Below, piece after piece: positions 52,391 through 63,699 of a DNA stretch of 64,000 nt (position 1 is its first letter; every line of letters starts with the position of its first letter). Below the pieces are notes generated by a model, which did not search any database, was not told the origin of the DNA, and worked only from the letters and a program-made list of their open reading frames with translations. A program made the translations under genes and the position numbers. Source of the stretch: an uncultured beta proteobacterium (GTDB taxonomy: Bacteria; Pseudomonadota; Gammaproteobacteria; Burkholderiales; Casimicrobiaceae); contig CAWHFL010000011.1 in NCBI GenBank assembly GCA_963828665.1, forward strand, positions 156,550 through 220,549. Direction: 5' to 3'.

Positions 52391-54124
52391 GTGAGCTTTG
52401 TCCTGCACGGCATCGGAGTCTCCAGCGGCGTCGCCATAGGCCGGGCACAGCTCGTCTCGCACGCCACGCTCGAAGTCGCGCACTACGCGATTCGCCCCGA
52501 ACAGGTGGCGGCCGAGATCGAGCGATTGACGCTGGCGCTGCGCGCGGTCCAGAAGGAGCTCGAGGCGCTCCACGGCGCGATGACCTCGGGCGACGCGCCG
52601 GCCGAGTTCGGCGCGTTCCTCGACGTGCACTGGATGATCCTTACCGATCCGACGCTTGCCGAGGCGCCGAAGCGGATGATCGCCGAGCAGCATTGCAACG
52701 CCGAATGGGCGTTGACGCAGCAGATGAACGTGCTGGTCGAGCAGTTCGAGTCGATCGAAGACGCGTACCTGCGCGAGCGTAAGGCCGATGTCGTGCAGGT
52801 GGTCGAGCGCGTGCTCAAGGTCCTCCTCGGCAAGCGCAGCGGCGTGCGTCCCGCAAGCGCGGAAGATCAGACGATTCTGGTCGCGCACGATCTGTCGCCG
52901 GCCGACGTTATCCAGTTCAAGAGCCATCATTTCGCGGCCTTCCTGACCGACCTGGGCGGAGCCAGCTCGCATACGGCGATAGTCGCGCGCAGTCTCAATG
53001 TACCCGCCGTCGTGGCGACGCACAACGCCCGCGGCCTGATCCGCGAGCACGAGCTGTTGATCGTCGACGGCGCCAAGAATGTCGTCATCGTCAACCCCGA
53101 TCGCTCGGTGCTCGCCGAGTACCGTCTGAAGCAGGGCGAGATCGAGCTCGCGCGGAAAAAGCTCAAACGGCTCAAGACGACGCGCGCGGCAACGATCGAC
53201 GGCGCGGAGATCGAGCTGTTCGCCAATATCGAGCTGCCCGACGACCTCGATCAGGCGCTCGATAACGGCGCCGGAGGCATCGGCCTGTTTCGCAGCGAGT
53301 TCCTGTTTCTGAATCGTCAGGGACTGCCATCGGAGGACGAGCAGTTCGAGGCCTACCGGCAAGTCGCGGTCGGCATGCGCGGCAAGCCGGTAGTCATCCG
53401 CACGTTCGATCTGGGTGCCGACAAAAGCAAGGAAGGTCTGGGCGGCCTGGCGCGGGTCGCGCCGAATCCCGCGCTTGGCTTGCGCGCGGTGCGTTTTTGT
53501 CTCGCCGAGCCGCGATTGTTCCTGACGCAGCTCCGCGCGATCCTGCGCGCGTCGCACTACGGCAACATCCGGATTTTGCTTCCGATGCTCGCCTCGACTG
53601 GCGAAATCGATCAGTCGCTGGCGCTGCTGGCGCAGGCCAAAGGCAGCTTGCTCGAGCGGGGCGTGCCGTTCAATCCGTCGATCGAGGTCGGCGGCATGAT
53701 CGAGATTCCGGCGGCGGTGCTCACGATCGAGCCGTTCGCGCGTCGGCTGGATTTCCTGTCGATAGGCACCAACGACCTGATCCAGTACACGCTGGCTGTC
53801 GATCGCGCCGACGAAGCGGTGTCGCACCTCTACGATCCCCTCCATCCGGCGGTGCTCAAGCTGATCGCGATCGCGATCGCGACCGCGAACAAGATCGGCG
53901 TCCCGATTGCCGTCTGCGGTGAAATGGCCGGTGAAGCGCGCATGACGCGGCTGCTGCTCGGGATGGGCCTGCGCAACTTTTCGATGCATCCGGCGCATCT
54001 TCTGTCGGTCAAGCAGCGCGTGCTGACGACCGACATCGGCGAGATCCGGCCGCTGGTCAGGCGCCTGCTGCGCGGCGAGGAGCCGGTGAAGGTCGCCGGC
54101 CTGCTCGAGAAGCTCAACGATTGA
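52391..54124 (+). CDS. ptsI: Phosphoenolpyruvate-protein phosphotransferase (PTS Enzyme I)
   Basis: 577 aa with GGASSHTAIVARS (phospho-His), GIGLFRSEFLF and SIGTNDLIQY. GTG start. Confidence 0.95.
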   Translation: MSFVLHGIGVSSGVAIGRAQLVSHATLEVAHYAIRPEQVAAEIERLTLALRAVQKELEALHGAMTSGDAPAEFGAFLDVHWMILTDPTLAEAPKRMIAEQHCNAEWALTQQMNVLVEQFESIEDAYLRERKADVVQVVERVLKVLLGKRSGVRPASAEDQTILVAHDLSPADVIQFKSHHFAAFLTDLGGASSHTAIVARSLNVPAVVATHNARGLIREHELLIVDGAKNVVIVNPDRSVLAEYRLKQGEIELARKKLKRLKTTRAATIDGAEIELFANIELPDDLDQALDNGAGGIGLFRSEFLFLNRQGLPSEDEQFEAYRQVAVGMRGKPVVIRTFDLGADKSKEGLGGLARVAPNPALGLRAVRFCLAEPRLFLTQLRAILRASHYGNIRILLPMLASTGEIDQSLALLAQAKGSLLERGVPFNPSIEVGGMIEIPAAVLTIEPFARRLDFLSIGTNDLIQYTLAVDRADEAVSHLYDPLHPAVLKLIAIAIATANKIGVPIAVCGEMAGEARMTRLLLGMGLRNFSMHPAHLLSVKQRVLTTDIGEIRPLVRRLLRGEEPVKVAGLLEKLND

Positions 54125-54156
54125 CTTTCGCCTGCGCGGCGCTAGACTAGAACCAA

Positions 54157-54235
54157 CGCGCCGATTTGACGATCAGCTTGCGGGCGCAAGGAGAGCCTTG
54201 TCGAGGTTTTCCTGACAAATACGGCTAAAGCGGCG
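54157..54235 (+). ncRNA. Structured 5' leader of metX, possible SAM-responsive riboswitch (type uncertain, some SAM-II-like elements)
   Basis: GCGCC (54158-62) pairs with GGCGC (54183-87), enclosing GAUUUGACGAUCAGCUUGCG. Two hairpins follow: CAAGG-AGAG-CCUUG and GUCGAGG-UUUU-CCUGAC. Then comes GGCUAAAGCGG, whose AAGC can pair with the loop GCUU. The CGAUUU, GCUU and AAAGC elements recall the SAM-II (metA) motif, but the spacing is longer than the compact consensus. Confidence 0.3.
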
Positions 54236-54244
54236 AGGAAGGAT

Positions 54245-54280
54245 CCGACCCGATTGGCGCCAAGCTGGTCGGGTTTTTTT
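54245..54280 (+). terminator. Intrinsic terminator/attenuator between ptsI and metX
   Basis: CCGACC (54245-50), a loop containing the TTGGCGCCAA palindrome, GGTCGG (54267-72), then a G and seven T residues (54274-80). Confidence 0.65.
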
Positions 54281-54321
54281 GTTGCCTCGAATATCGCAGC
54301 GGTGACAGCGCCGCCCTTGCC

Positions 54322-55464
54322 TTGACCCGGACGCCAACCTCAGTCGGTCTGGTGACGCCCCAGCGCGCGGCGTTCGCAACGCCGCTCGCGCTGAGTTCCG
54401 GCGCGTCGCTGCCGGCGTTCGAACTCGTCTATGAGACCTACGGAACGCTCAACGCCGCGCGATCGAATGCGATCCTCATTTGCCATGCGCTGAACGCGTC
54501 GCACCATGTCGCCGGGTTCCATCCCGGCCAGAGCGAAAGTGAGGGCTGGTGGGACAACATGGTCGGTCCCGGCAAGCCGGTCGACACCGACCGTTTTTTC
54601 GTCGTCGGGGTTAACAATCTGGGCAGCTGCTTCGGGTCGACCGGCCCCGCCTCGATCAATCCGGCCACGGGGAGGCCCTGGGGCGCCGATTTTCCGATCG
54701 TGACCGTCGAGGACTGGGTCGAGGCGCAGGCACGGCTCGCCGACCGGCTGGAGATCGCGCGCTTCGCGGCGGTCATGGGCGGCAGTCTCGGCGGCATGCA
54801 GGCGCTCGCCTGGGCGATCCGCTATCCGAATCGCCTGGGACGCGCGCTGGTGATCGCCGCGGCGCCCAACCTCTCGGCGCAGAACATCGCCTTCAACGAA
54901 GTCGCGCGCGCGGCGATCATGACCGACCCGGACTTTCACGCCGGCCATTATTATGATTACGGCGTCAAGCCGCTGCGAGGGCTGCGCGTCGCGCGGATGG
55001 TCGGGCACATCACGTACATCTCCGACGAACAGATGGGTGAGCGCTTCGGGCGGCAGCTTCGCGACGGCCTCAACTACTCGTTCGCGCCCGAGTTCGAGAT
55101 CGAGTCCTACCTTCGCTACCAGGGCGAGAAGTTCGCCGACTACTTCGACGCCAACACCTATCTGGGCATCACCAAGGCGCTCGACTATTTCGATCCGGCG
55201 TCGGCGACCGGCGGCGACCTGACGCAGGCGCTTTCGCCGGCGAGCTGCCGTTTTCTGGTCGTCGCCTTCACCACCGACTGGCGTTTTTCCCCCGCGCGCT
55301 CGCGGGAGATCGTCAAGGCGCTGGTCGACAACCGACGCGATGTCTGCTATGCCGAAGTCGTCGCGCCACACGGGCACGATGCCTTTCTTCTCGACACGCC
55401 GCAGTATCACGCGATCGTGCGCGCGTACCTCGCGCGCGCGGCAGACGAGGAGGAGGTCGTGTGA
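54322..55464 (+). CDS. metX: Homoserine O-acetyltransferase (or O-succinyltransferase) MetX
   Basis: 380 aa, SVGLVTPQ...[32 protein letters not shown], with nucleophile elbow [12 protein letters not shown] start. Confidence 0.93.
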   Translation: MTRTPTSVGLVTPQRAAFATPLALSSGASLPAFELVYETYGTLNAARSNAILICHALNASHHVAGFHPGQSESEGWWDNMVGPGKPVDTDRFFVVGVNNLGSCFGSTGPASINPATGRPWGADFPIVTVEDWVEAQARLADRLEIARFAAVMGGSLGGMQALAWAIRYPNRLGRALVIAAAPNLSAQNIAFNEVARAAIMTDPDFHAGHYYDYGVKPLRGLRVARMVGHITYISDEQMGERFGRQLRDGLNYSFAPEFEIESYLRYQGEKFADYFDANTYLGITKALDYFDPASATGGDLTQALSPASCRFLVVAFTTDWRFSPARSREIVKALVDNRRDVCYAEVVAPHGHDAFLLDTPQYHAIVRAYLARAADEEEVV

Positions 55465-55573
55465 GCCCGCGGCGAGGGGCCCCATGCGCAGCATGGGGAT
55501 CGCGCGAGGCGAATCGCGACCGCGGCCGACTACGGGCGCGTGAGTCGTCGGTGCCGGTCGAGGAGGCCGCAGC

Positions 55574-56173
55574 ATGAGTTACGCCACCCGCGCCGACTTC
55601 TCGACGATCGCCGGCTGGATCGCCGCTAATGCGCGCGTGCTCGACCTGGGCTGCGGCGACGGGAGCCTGCTCGCGTACCTGCGAGAGTCGCGCGGCGCGT
55701 TCGGCTATGGGATCGAAATCGACGACGCCGGCGTGCTCGCGTCGGTCGGCAACGGGGTCAACGTCATCCAGAGCGACCTGGAAAGCGGGCTCGCCGGCTT
55801 CGACGACCGGTCGTTCGACAGCGTGATCCTGTCGCAGACCTTGCAGGCGATGCGGCACACCGAGCAGATCGTGCTCGAGATGCTGCGGGTCGGGCGCGAA
55901 GCGATCGTCACCTTTCCGAACTTCGGCCACTGGTCGCACCGGATGCAGGTGCTGCGCGGACGCATGCCGGTGTCGAAGAATCTGCCCTACCAGTGGTACG
56001 ACACGCCGAACATCCACCTGTGCACGGTGGCCGATTTCGATGCGTTCTGCGCGGCCCGCCGCTTCGATGTGCTCGAGCGGGTCGTGCTGCACGACGCGCG
56101 ACGCGTGTCGATGTTGCCGAATCTGTTCGGGTCGCTCGCCATCTATCGCTTCCGGCAGGCCGAGACTGCCTGA
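55574..56173 (+). CDS. metW: Methionine biosynthesis protein MetW
   Basis: 199 aa, RADFSTIAGWIAANARVLDLGCGDGSLL ... TFPNFGHW. Confidence 0.9.
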   Translation: MSYATRADFSTIAGWIAANARVLDLGCGDGSLLAYLRESRGAFGYGIEIDDAGVLASVGNGVNVIQSDLESGLAGFDDRSFDSVILSQTLQAMRHTEQIVLEMLRVGREAIVTFPNFGHWSHRMQVLRGRMPVSKNLPYQWYDTPNIHLCTVADFDAFCAARRFDVLERVVLHDARRVSMLPNLFGSLAIYRFRQAETA

Positions 56174-56208
56174 AATCTTCGCGCGGAGCGCGGCCGCGCT
56201 TCGCTACA

Positions 56209-57516
56209 ATGCCGGCGATGGGCGACTCGAGGCTCCCGCTGGCGAAAGCGCTGTTCAATCGCCGGATGCTGATTTGCATTTTTACCGGCTTCAGCTCCGG
56301 ACTGCCTCTCTACATACTGATCAACCTGCTGCCGGCGTGGCTGCGTACCGAGCACGTGGACTTGAAGGCGATCGGCCTGTTCGCCCTGATCGGGCTGCCG
56401 TTCACGTGGAAATTCATCTGGTCGCCGCTGGTCGATCGCTACGCCTTGCCGCTGCTCGGGCGGCGCCGCGGCTGGATGCTGGTCACGCAGGTCGCGCTGA
56501 TCGCGTCGCTGCCGCTGTTCGGCACGCTCGCGCCGCAACAGGATTTGTGGACGATCGCCTATCTTGCCACGGCGGTCGCATTTTTCGCCGCGACGCAGGA
56601 CATCGTCCTCGATGCCTATCGCCGTGAGCTGCTGCCCGAGGTCGAGCTGGGTCTGGGCAATGCGATCCACGTGCAGGCGTATCGGATCTCGAGCCTCGTT
56701 CCCGGCGCGCTGTCTCTGATCCTCGCCGACCGGCTGCCCTGGCAAAGCGTGTTCTTCATCACCGCTCTGTTCATGCTGCCGGGCATCGTCAACACGCTGT
56801 TGATCGCCGAACCCGCGCTATCGCGCACGGCACCGCGCACGCTGCGCGAGGCGGTTATCGAGCCGTTTCACGAATTCATCACGCGCGCCGGCTGGCGGCA
56901 GGCGTTGCTGGTGCTCGGCTTCATTTTTCTCTACAAGCTCGGCGACAGCATGGCGACCGCGCTGGCGACGCCGTTCTATCTGGACACCGGCTTCACTATG
57001 TCGGAGATCGGCCTGATCGCCAAGAACGCCGGACTCTGGGCAAGCGTATTCGGCGGCCTCCTCGGCGGTATCTGGATGCTCAGGATCGGCATCAATCGCG
57101 GCCTGTGGCTGTTCGGCGCGGTCCAGGTCGTCTCGATCCTCGGCTTCGCGTGGCTCGCCTATGTGCATCGCCCGGACCGGCTGCTGCTCGCCGGTGTCAT
57201 TGCCTTCGAGGCGCTGGGCGTGGGGCTCGGCACCGCGGCGTTCACCGCGTTCATCGCGCGCACCACCGACCCGCGCTACACGGCCACGCAGTTCGCGCTG
57301 TTCACGAGCCTCGCTGCCGTGCCGCGCTCGGTGATCAATGCGACAACAGGATGGATCGTCGACGCCATCGGCTGGTTCGACTTCTATCTGTTGTGCATGG
57401 CGCTGGCGCTGCCCGGGATGGCGCTTCTCTTGCGGGTGGCGCCGTGGAACGCACCGCTGTCCGCCGGGCCGACGACGGCGGCGAAGCCTGGCGCGAGGGC
57501 GCGAACGCCTCCTTAG
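56209..57516 (+). CDS. ampG: AmpG-family muropeptide MFS transporter
   Basis: LICIFTGFSSGLPLYILINLLPAWLR and 12-14 hydrophobic helices. Start at ATG 56209 or 56218. Confidence 0.85.
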   Translation: MPAMGDSRLPLAKALFNRRMLICIFTGFSSGLPLYILINLLPAWLRTEHVDLKAIGLFALIGLPFTWKFIWSPLVDRYALPLLGRRRGWMLVTQVALIASLPLFGTLAPQQDLWTIAYLATAVAFFAATQDIVLDAYRRELLPEVELGLGNAIHVQAYRISSLVPGALSLILADRLPWQSVFFITALFMLPGIVNTLLIAEPALSRTAPRTLREAVIEPFHEFITRAGWRQALLVLGFIFLYKLGDSMATALATPFYLDTGFTMSEIGLIAKNAGLWASVFGGLLGGIWMLRIGINRGLWLFGAVQVVSILGFAWLAYVHRPDRLLLAGVIAFEALGVGLGTAAFTAFIARTTDPRYTATQFALFTSLAAVPRSVINATTGWIVDAIGWFDFYLLCMALALPGMALLLRVAPWNAPLSAGPTTAAKPGARARTPP

Positions 57517-59432
57517 TCGCCTGCGCGCTCGAGCGCCTCGTGCAGTTCGAGCCATTCGGCTTCGTCGCGCGCGAGCTGCCACGCCAGATCGCCCTGGCGC
57601 GCCAGCGAGGCGATCAGCCGTTCCTTGTTGTCCTCGATATAAGCGTCGGAGGTCGCGAGCCACTCGTCGAGCCCGCGTTTTTCCGCCGACAACAGATCGA
57701 TCCGCTGCTCGACGCGCTCGATCTTCTGCTGCAGCGGCTTGCGCAACTCCGACAAGCGCTGTCTTGTGGCTGCTTCGGCGCGCCTCTGGGTCTTGCGGTC
57801 GGGCGTGGCAGGTACGGCATCAGCAGTGGCCGCAGCCTCGCGCCCGCGACCGGCCAGCACCCATTGCCGGTAATCGTCCAGATCGCCGTCGAAAAGCGTA
57901 AGCGCACCGTCGGCGACGAGCCAGAGCTCGTCGGCGGTGGCGCGGAGCAAATGGCGGTCGTGCGCGACGACGATCAGCGCGCCGGTGTAGTCCTGCAGCG
58001 CCTCGGTCAGCGCTTCGCGCATGTCGATGTCGAGATGGTTGGTCGGCTCGTCCAGCAGCAACAGATTCGGCCGCTGGCGGACCAGCAGCGCCAGCGTCAG
58101 GCGCGCCTTTTCGCCGCCGGAAAATTCACTCACCGGCGCGCTTACCCGGTCGCCGCGAAAATCGAAGCCGCCGAGAAAGTCGCGAAACGCCTGCTCGCGC
58201 GTGCCAGGTTCGATCTGCTGCAGGTGCCACAGAGCACTTTGGTCGAGGCGAAGCTGCTCGACCTGATGCTGGGCGAAATAGCCGATCGACAATCCCTGTG
58301 CCGTCAGGCGGTCGCCGCTTTGCGGTGGAAGCTCGCCGGCGATCGCGCGCAACAGCGTCGATTTGCCCGCACCGTTGGGCCCAAGAAGGCCGATCCGCGC
58401 ACCGGCGAGGACCGCCCAGTCGACATCGGCCAGAATCGTCTTATCGCCATAGCCCAGCCGCGCGTGGTCAAGCTTGAGCAGCTGTCGCGCATGGATGGTC
58501 GTTGCCGGAAATTCGAACGAGAACGGGCTGTCGACGTGCGCCGCGGCGATCAGCTCCATCCGCTCGAGCGCCTTGATCCGGCTTTGCGCCTGCCTCGCCT
58601 TGGTCGCCTTGGCGCGGAAGCGATCGACATACGAGCGCAGGTGCGCGATCTGCTTCTGTTGCTTGACGTAGGCTGAATGCTGCAGCGCCAGCGCCAACGC
58701 GCGCTCTTGCTCGAACTGCGCGTAATTGCCGGTGTACAGCCGCAGCTTGTGGCCTTCCAGATGCGCGATCTCGGTGACCACGGCGTCGAGAAAATCGCGA
58801 TCGTGGGCGATCAGCACCAGCGTGCCGGGGTAGCGGGCCAGCCAGTCCTCGAGCCAGAGCACGGCGTCGAGGTCGAGGTGATTGGTCGGCTCGTCGAGCA
58901 GCAGAAGGTCGGAGCGCGACATCAGCGCCTGCGCGAGATTCAGGCGCATGCGCCAGCCGCCCGAAAAGCTCGCGACCGGCTCGCTCTGGCGCGCGGCGCC
59001 GAAGCCCAGACCGGCGAGCAGCGCCGCGGCCCGAGCCCGGGCCCCGTAACCGCCGATGGCTTCGAAATGGTGATGCAGCTCGGCCAGCCGCTCGCCGCCG
59101 GCATGCGGATCGGTTTCCGCCGCGGCCTCGGCCTCCTGCAATGCGCGCTGGACACGACGCAATTCGGCGTCGCCGTCGAGGACGTAATCGATCGCCGGCG
59201 CCGCGACCGCGGGCGTTTCCTGCGCGACGTGCGCGATCACCCAGGCCGGCGGCAGCGCAACTTCACCCGCATCTTGCGAAAGCTCGCCACGCAGCAGCGC
59301 GAACAGCGACGACTTGCCGCTGCCGTTGGCCCCGATCAAGCCGACCTTGTGGCCAGGGTGCACGGTCAGCGATGCGCCTTCGAGCAGACGCTTGTTGCCG
59401 CGTGACAGCGTGAGATTGCTCAGGCGCAGCAT
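57513..59432 (-). CDS. ABC-F family ATPase (YheS/Uup-like) with C-terminal coiled coil
   Basis: 639 aa with two ABC cassettes (GANGSGKSSL and GPNGAGKSTL; LSGGWRMRLNLA and FSGGEKARLTLA) and no TM domain. Confidence 0.9.
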   Translation of the reverse strand: MLRLSNLTLSRGNKRLLEGASLTVHPGHKVGLIGANGSGKSSLFALLRGELSQDAGEVALPPAWVIAHVAQETPAVAAPAIDYVLDGDAELRRVQRALQEAEAAAETDPHAGGERLAELHHHFEAIGGYGARARAAALLAGLGFGAARQSEPVASFSGGWRMRLNLAQALMSRSDLLLLDEPTNHLDLDAVLWLEDWLARYPGTLVLIAHDRDFLDAVVTEIAHLEGHKLRLYTGNYAQFEQERALALALQHSAYVKQQKQIAHLRSYVDRFRAKATKARQAQSRIKALERMELIAAAHVDSPFSFEFPATTIHARQLLKLDHARLGYGDKTILADVDWAVLAGARIGLLGPNGAGKSTLLRAIAGELPPQSGDRLTAQGLSIGYFAQHQVEQLRLDQSALWHLQQIEPGTREQAFRDFLGGFDFRGDRVSAPVSEFSGGEKARLTLALLVRQRPNLLLLDEPTNHLDIDMREALTEALQDYTGALIVVAHDRHLLRATADELWLVADGALTLFDGDLDDYRQWVLAGRGREAAATADAVPATPDRKTQRRAEAATRQRLSELRKPLQQKIERVEQRIDLLSAEKRGLDEWLATSDAYIEDNKERLIASLARQGDLAWQLARDEAEWLELHEALERAGD

Positions 59433-59444
59433 CGCGCCGCGCGT

Positions 59445-59491
59445 TCACAACAGGTAGTCATAGTCGATGATGAGCGGCGCCAGAACCTCCG
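59445..59491 (-). pseudogene. Degenerate duplicate of the xthA 3' end (gene-end relic)
   Basis: The 47 nt at 59445-59491 align with 59495-59548: 31/36 identical, then a 7-nt deletion, then an identical AGAACCTCCG. The relic would encode APLIIDYDYLL-stop, compared with APLIIDYDYVL-stop in the real gene. Confidence 0.7.
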
Positions 59492-59494
59492 CAG

Positions 59495-60268
59495 TCACAG
59501 CACATAGTCATAGTCGATTATGAGGGGCGCATGATCGGAGAACCTCCGGTTCGTATAGATCGCGGCCGCATGTGCCGTTGCGGCGATGCCGGCGGTGGCG
59601 ATCTGGTAGTCGATGCGCCAGCCCACGTTCTTGGCCCACGCCTGCCCGCGATTCGACCACCAGGTGTACTGGTCGGGTTCGCGGTTGATGCGGCGAAAGA
59701 CGTCGACAAAGCCCAGCTCGTCGAACACACGGGAGAGCCACGCGCGCTCTTCGGGCAGGAACCCGGAATTCTTCTGATTGCTGCGCCAGTTCTTCAGATC
59801 GATCGGATGATGCGCGATGTTCCAGTCGCCGCAAAGGATCACTTCCTGCCCGGCGTCACGCAGCCGCTTAAGGTGCGGTAGAAATTCGGCGAGGAAGCGG
59901 AACTTGGCGAGCTGGCGCTCAGGCGAGCTCGACCCGGACGGAAGATAGACGCTGATCACGGTCAGCTTGCCGAAGTCTGCCTCCAGATACCGGCCCTCGG
60001 CATCGAACTCGTTGCTGCCGAAGCCGCTGCGCACCGGCACCGCGCGGCGCGCGTACAGCGCAACGCCGCTGTAGCCCCTCTTTTGCGCGTGATAAAACGC
60101 GGCGTGTGATTTGCGCGGCGCCCGCATCGCCTTCGGCACATCTTCCGGATGGGCCTTGATCTCCTGCAGGCAAACGACGTCCCAGGGCTCGATCCGCGCG
60201 AGCCAGCGTGCCAGACCCTTGCGTTCCGCCGAGCGGATGCCGTTGACGTTGAGTGTGACAATGCGCAT
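59495..60268 (-). CDS. xthA: Exodeoxyribonuclease III
   Basis: 257 aa, MRIVTLNVNGIRSA ... LQEIK ... GDWNIAHH ... SDHAPLIIDY. Confidence 0.93.
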   Translation of the reverse strand: MRIVTLNVNGIRSAERKGLARWLARIEPWDVVCLQEIKAHPEDVPKAMRAPRKSHAAFYHAQKRGYSGVALYARRAVPVRSGFGSNEFDAEGRYLEADFGKLTVISVYLPSGSSSPERQLAKFRFLAEFLPHLKRLRDAGQEVILCGDWNIAHHPIDLKNWRSNQKNSGFLPEERAWLSRVFDELGFVDVFRRINREPDQYTWWSNRGQAWAKNVGWRIDYQIATAGIAATAHAAAIYTNRRFSDHAPLIIDYDYVL

Positions 60269-60403
60269 GTCGGGGTGTGCGGTAGCCGGGACGGCCGCCG
60301 CGGCGCGGAGTTTACACGATCGGCCGGGGCACTCCTGCCAGCGCCGGCGAGGGTGGCGCGCGTATAATTTGCGGCCGAGCCTTCGTGCCGTGCACTGCCC
60401 CTC

Positions 60404-61048
60404 ATGTCCGACTTCCGCCAGGAATTTCTCGAATTAGCCTTGGCACGCGACGTGCTTCGATTTGGTGCGTTCGTCACCAAGTCGGGTCGAAAGACTCCTT
60501 ACTTCTTCAACGCGGGGCTTTTCAACGACGGGGCAAGTTTGAGCGAGCTGGGCCGGTACTACGCCACGGCGTATCTGGCCTCGGATGTACGTTGCGATCA
60601 GTTGTACGGCCCGGCCTACAAAGGAATACCGCTGGCGGCGGTGACGGCTGTCGCCCTCGCCGCAAAAGGGCACAATCTGCCGTACAGTTTCAACCGGAAG
60701 GAAGCCAAGGATCACGGGGAGGGCGGCGCTATTGTCGGTGCGGCGCTCAAGGGACGCGTGCTGATCGTCGATGATGTCATCACCGACGGCGGTGCCAAGC
60801 GCGAGGCGATCGAGCTGATACGAGCCCACGGCGCAGTTCCTGCCGGCGTGTTGATCGCCTTCGACCGGATGGAGCGCGGTCGGGGCAAGCGCTCCGCGGT
60901 GCAGGAGTTGGAGCAGGAATTCGGCATTCCCGTCGTCGCCATCGCGACACTCGACGACTTGCTGGGCTTGCTGGCGCGGCGCAAGGACCTGGCACAGCAC
61001 CGGACTGCCGTGACGTCGTACCGCGAGCAATATGGCGCTGCCGCCTGA
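60404..61048 (+). CDS. pyrE: Orotate phosphoribosyltransferase
   Basis: 214 aa, FGAFVTKSGRKTPYFFNAGLF, with PRPP loop VLIVDDVITDGGAKRE. Confidence 0.95.
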   Translation: MSDFRQEFLELALARDVLRFGAFVTKSGRKTPYFFNAGLFNDGASLSELGRYYATAYLASDVRCDQLYGPAYKGIPLAAVTAVALAAKGHNLPYSFNRKEAKDHGEGGAIVGAALKGRVLIVDDVITDGGAKREAIELIRAHGAVPAGVLIAFDRMERGRGKRSAVQELEQEFGIPVVAIATLDDLLGLLARRKDLAQHRTAVTSYREQYGAAA

Positions 61049-61094
61049 AGCAGCGCGAATCACTGGATCGGAAAGAAGGCTTATCGTGAAATTC

Positions 61095-61832
61095 ATGAGT
61101 TTGTGGCAGCCGGCGCCAAAGCTGGCCGGCGCGATCGCCGTCCTGGGGCTCGTTTGCGCCGCGGGCACGGCGGCTGGTGCAGGCATGTACAAATGGGTGG
61201 ACGACCAGGGTGTCGTCCACTACACCGATCGCATACCGGCGGAGTCGGTCAGTAAAGGCGCTACCGTGCTCGACAAGCAGGGCCGATCGGTCAAGACGAT
61301 CGATCCGGCCCCGACTGCGGAGCAGCGCAAGGCGATCGAGGCCGAGGCGGAGCGACAGCGCGAGCAGGCCAAGGTGGATGCCGAGCGGGTGCGACGCGAC
61401 CGTGCGCTGACGCAGTCGTTCACCAGTGAAGCGGAGATCGATGTCGCCCGCGCGCGGGCCGTGTCGACGGTGGAGGCGCAGCTGACGACGATCGACGCGT
61501 ACATCGCCGACATGAAGCGACGCCAGCAAGAGCTCGAAAAGCGCAAGGCCGGCTACGGCACCAAGCCCATTCCGGGGTCGCTGGACAACGAGCTCGGTTC
61601 GGTCAGCGAAGAGCTGACGCGGCAAACGGCGCTGCGCGCCCAGAAAAAGGAAGCGCTGGTCGCCCTCGGTAAAAAGTACGATGCCGACAAGCAGCGCTGG
61701 CAGGAGATCAAACTGGAACAGGATCAGGCGGCGGAACGGCAACGCGCCGCCGAAGCGCAGAAGGCGAGCCCACCTTCCGCGCCGACCCGCGCCAAGAGCG
61801 CGGCATCCGGCTCGGCCAACACAACCCGCTGA
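61095..61832 (+). CDS. DUF4124-domain exported coiled-coil protein
   Basis: Signal-like N-terminus, MYKWVDDQGVVHYTD (DUF4124 signature), then a long charged coiled coil. Start at ATG 61095 or GTG 61086. Confidence 0.7.
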   Translation: MSLWQPAPKLAGAIAVLGLVCAAGTAAGAGMYKWVDDQGVVHYTDRIPAESVSKGATVLDKQGRSVKTIDPAPTAEQRKAIEAEAERQREQAKVDAERVRRDRALTQSFTSEAEIDVARARAVSTVEAQLTTIDAYIADMKRRQQELEKRKAGYGTKPIPGSLDNELGSVSEELTRQTALRAQKKEALVALGKKYDADKQRWQEIKLEQDQAAERQRAAEAQKASPPSAPTRAKSAASGSANTTR

Positions 61833-61955
61833 GTTCCGCCCGGTTTCCCGCTCGGGCGAACCCCCGGGCGTTTCGCGGCTCCCGCCGCACATCGGCGATA
61901 ATCGCGCATCGCGGCGCGTGGCGCCCGACCTTCCATTCGAGAACGCAGGAATTCC

Positions 61956-63620
<1,665 letters not shown>

Positions 63621-63699
63621 TGTCATTGGCCAAACCATTGCGCCGACGGCTGTCGACCAGCACAATGCCTGGCTGACCGGTGACTCCATGGGGGAGGCG

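Noticed and set aside
52286-53998. 570-aa minus-strand ORF
   Set aside because: It is antisense to ptsI and has shadow-ORF composition.
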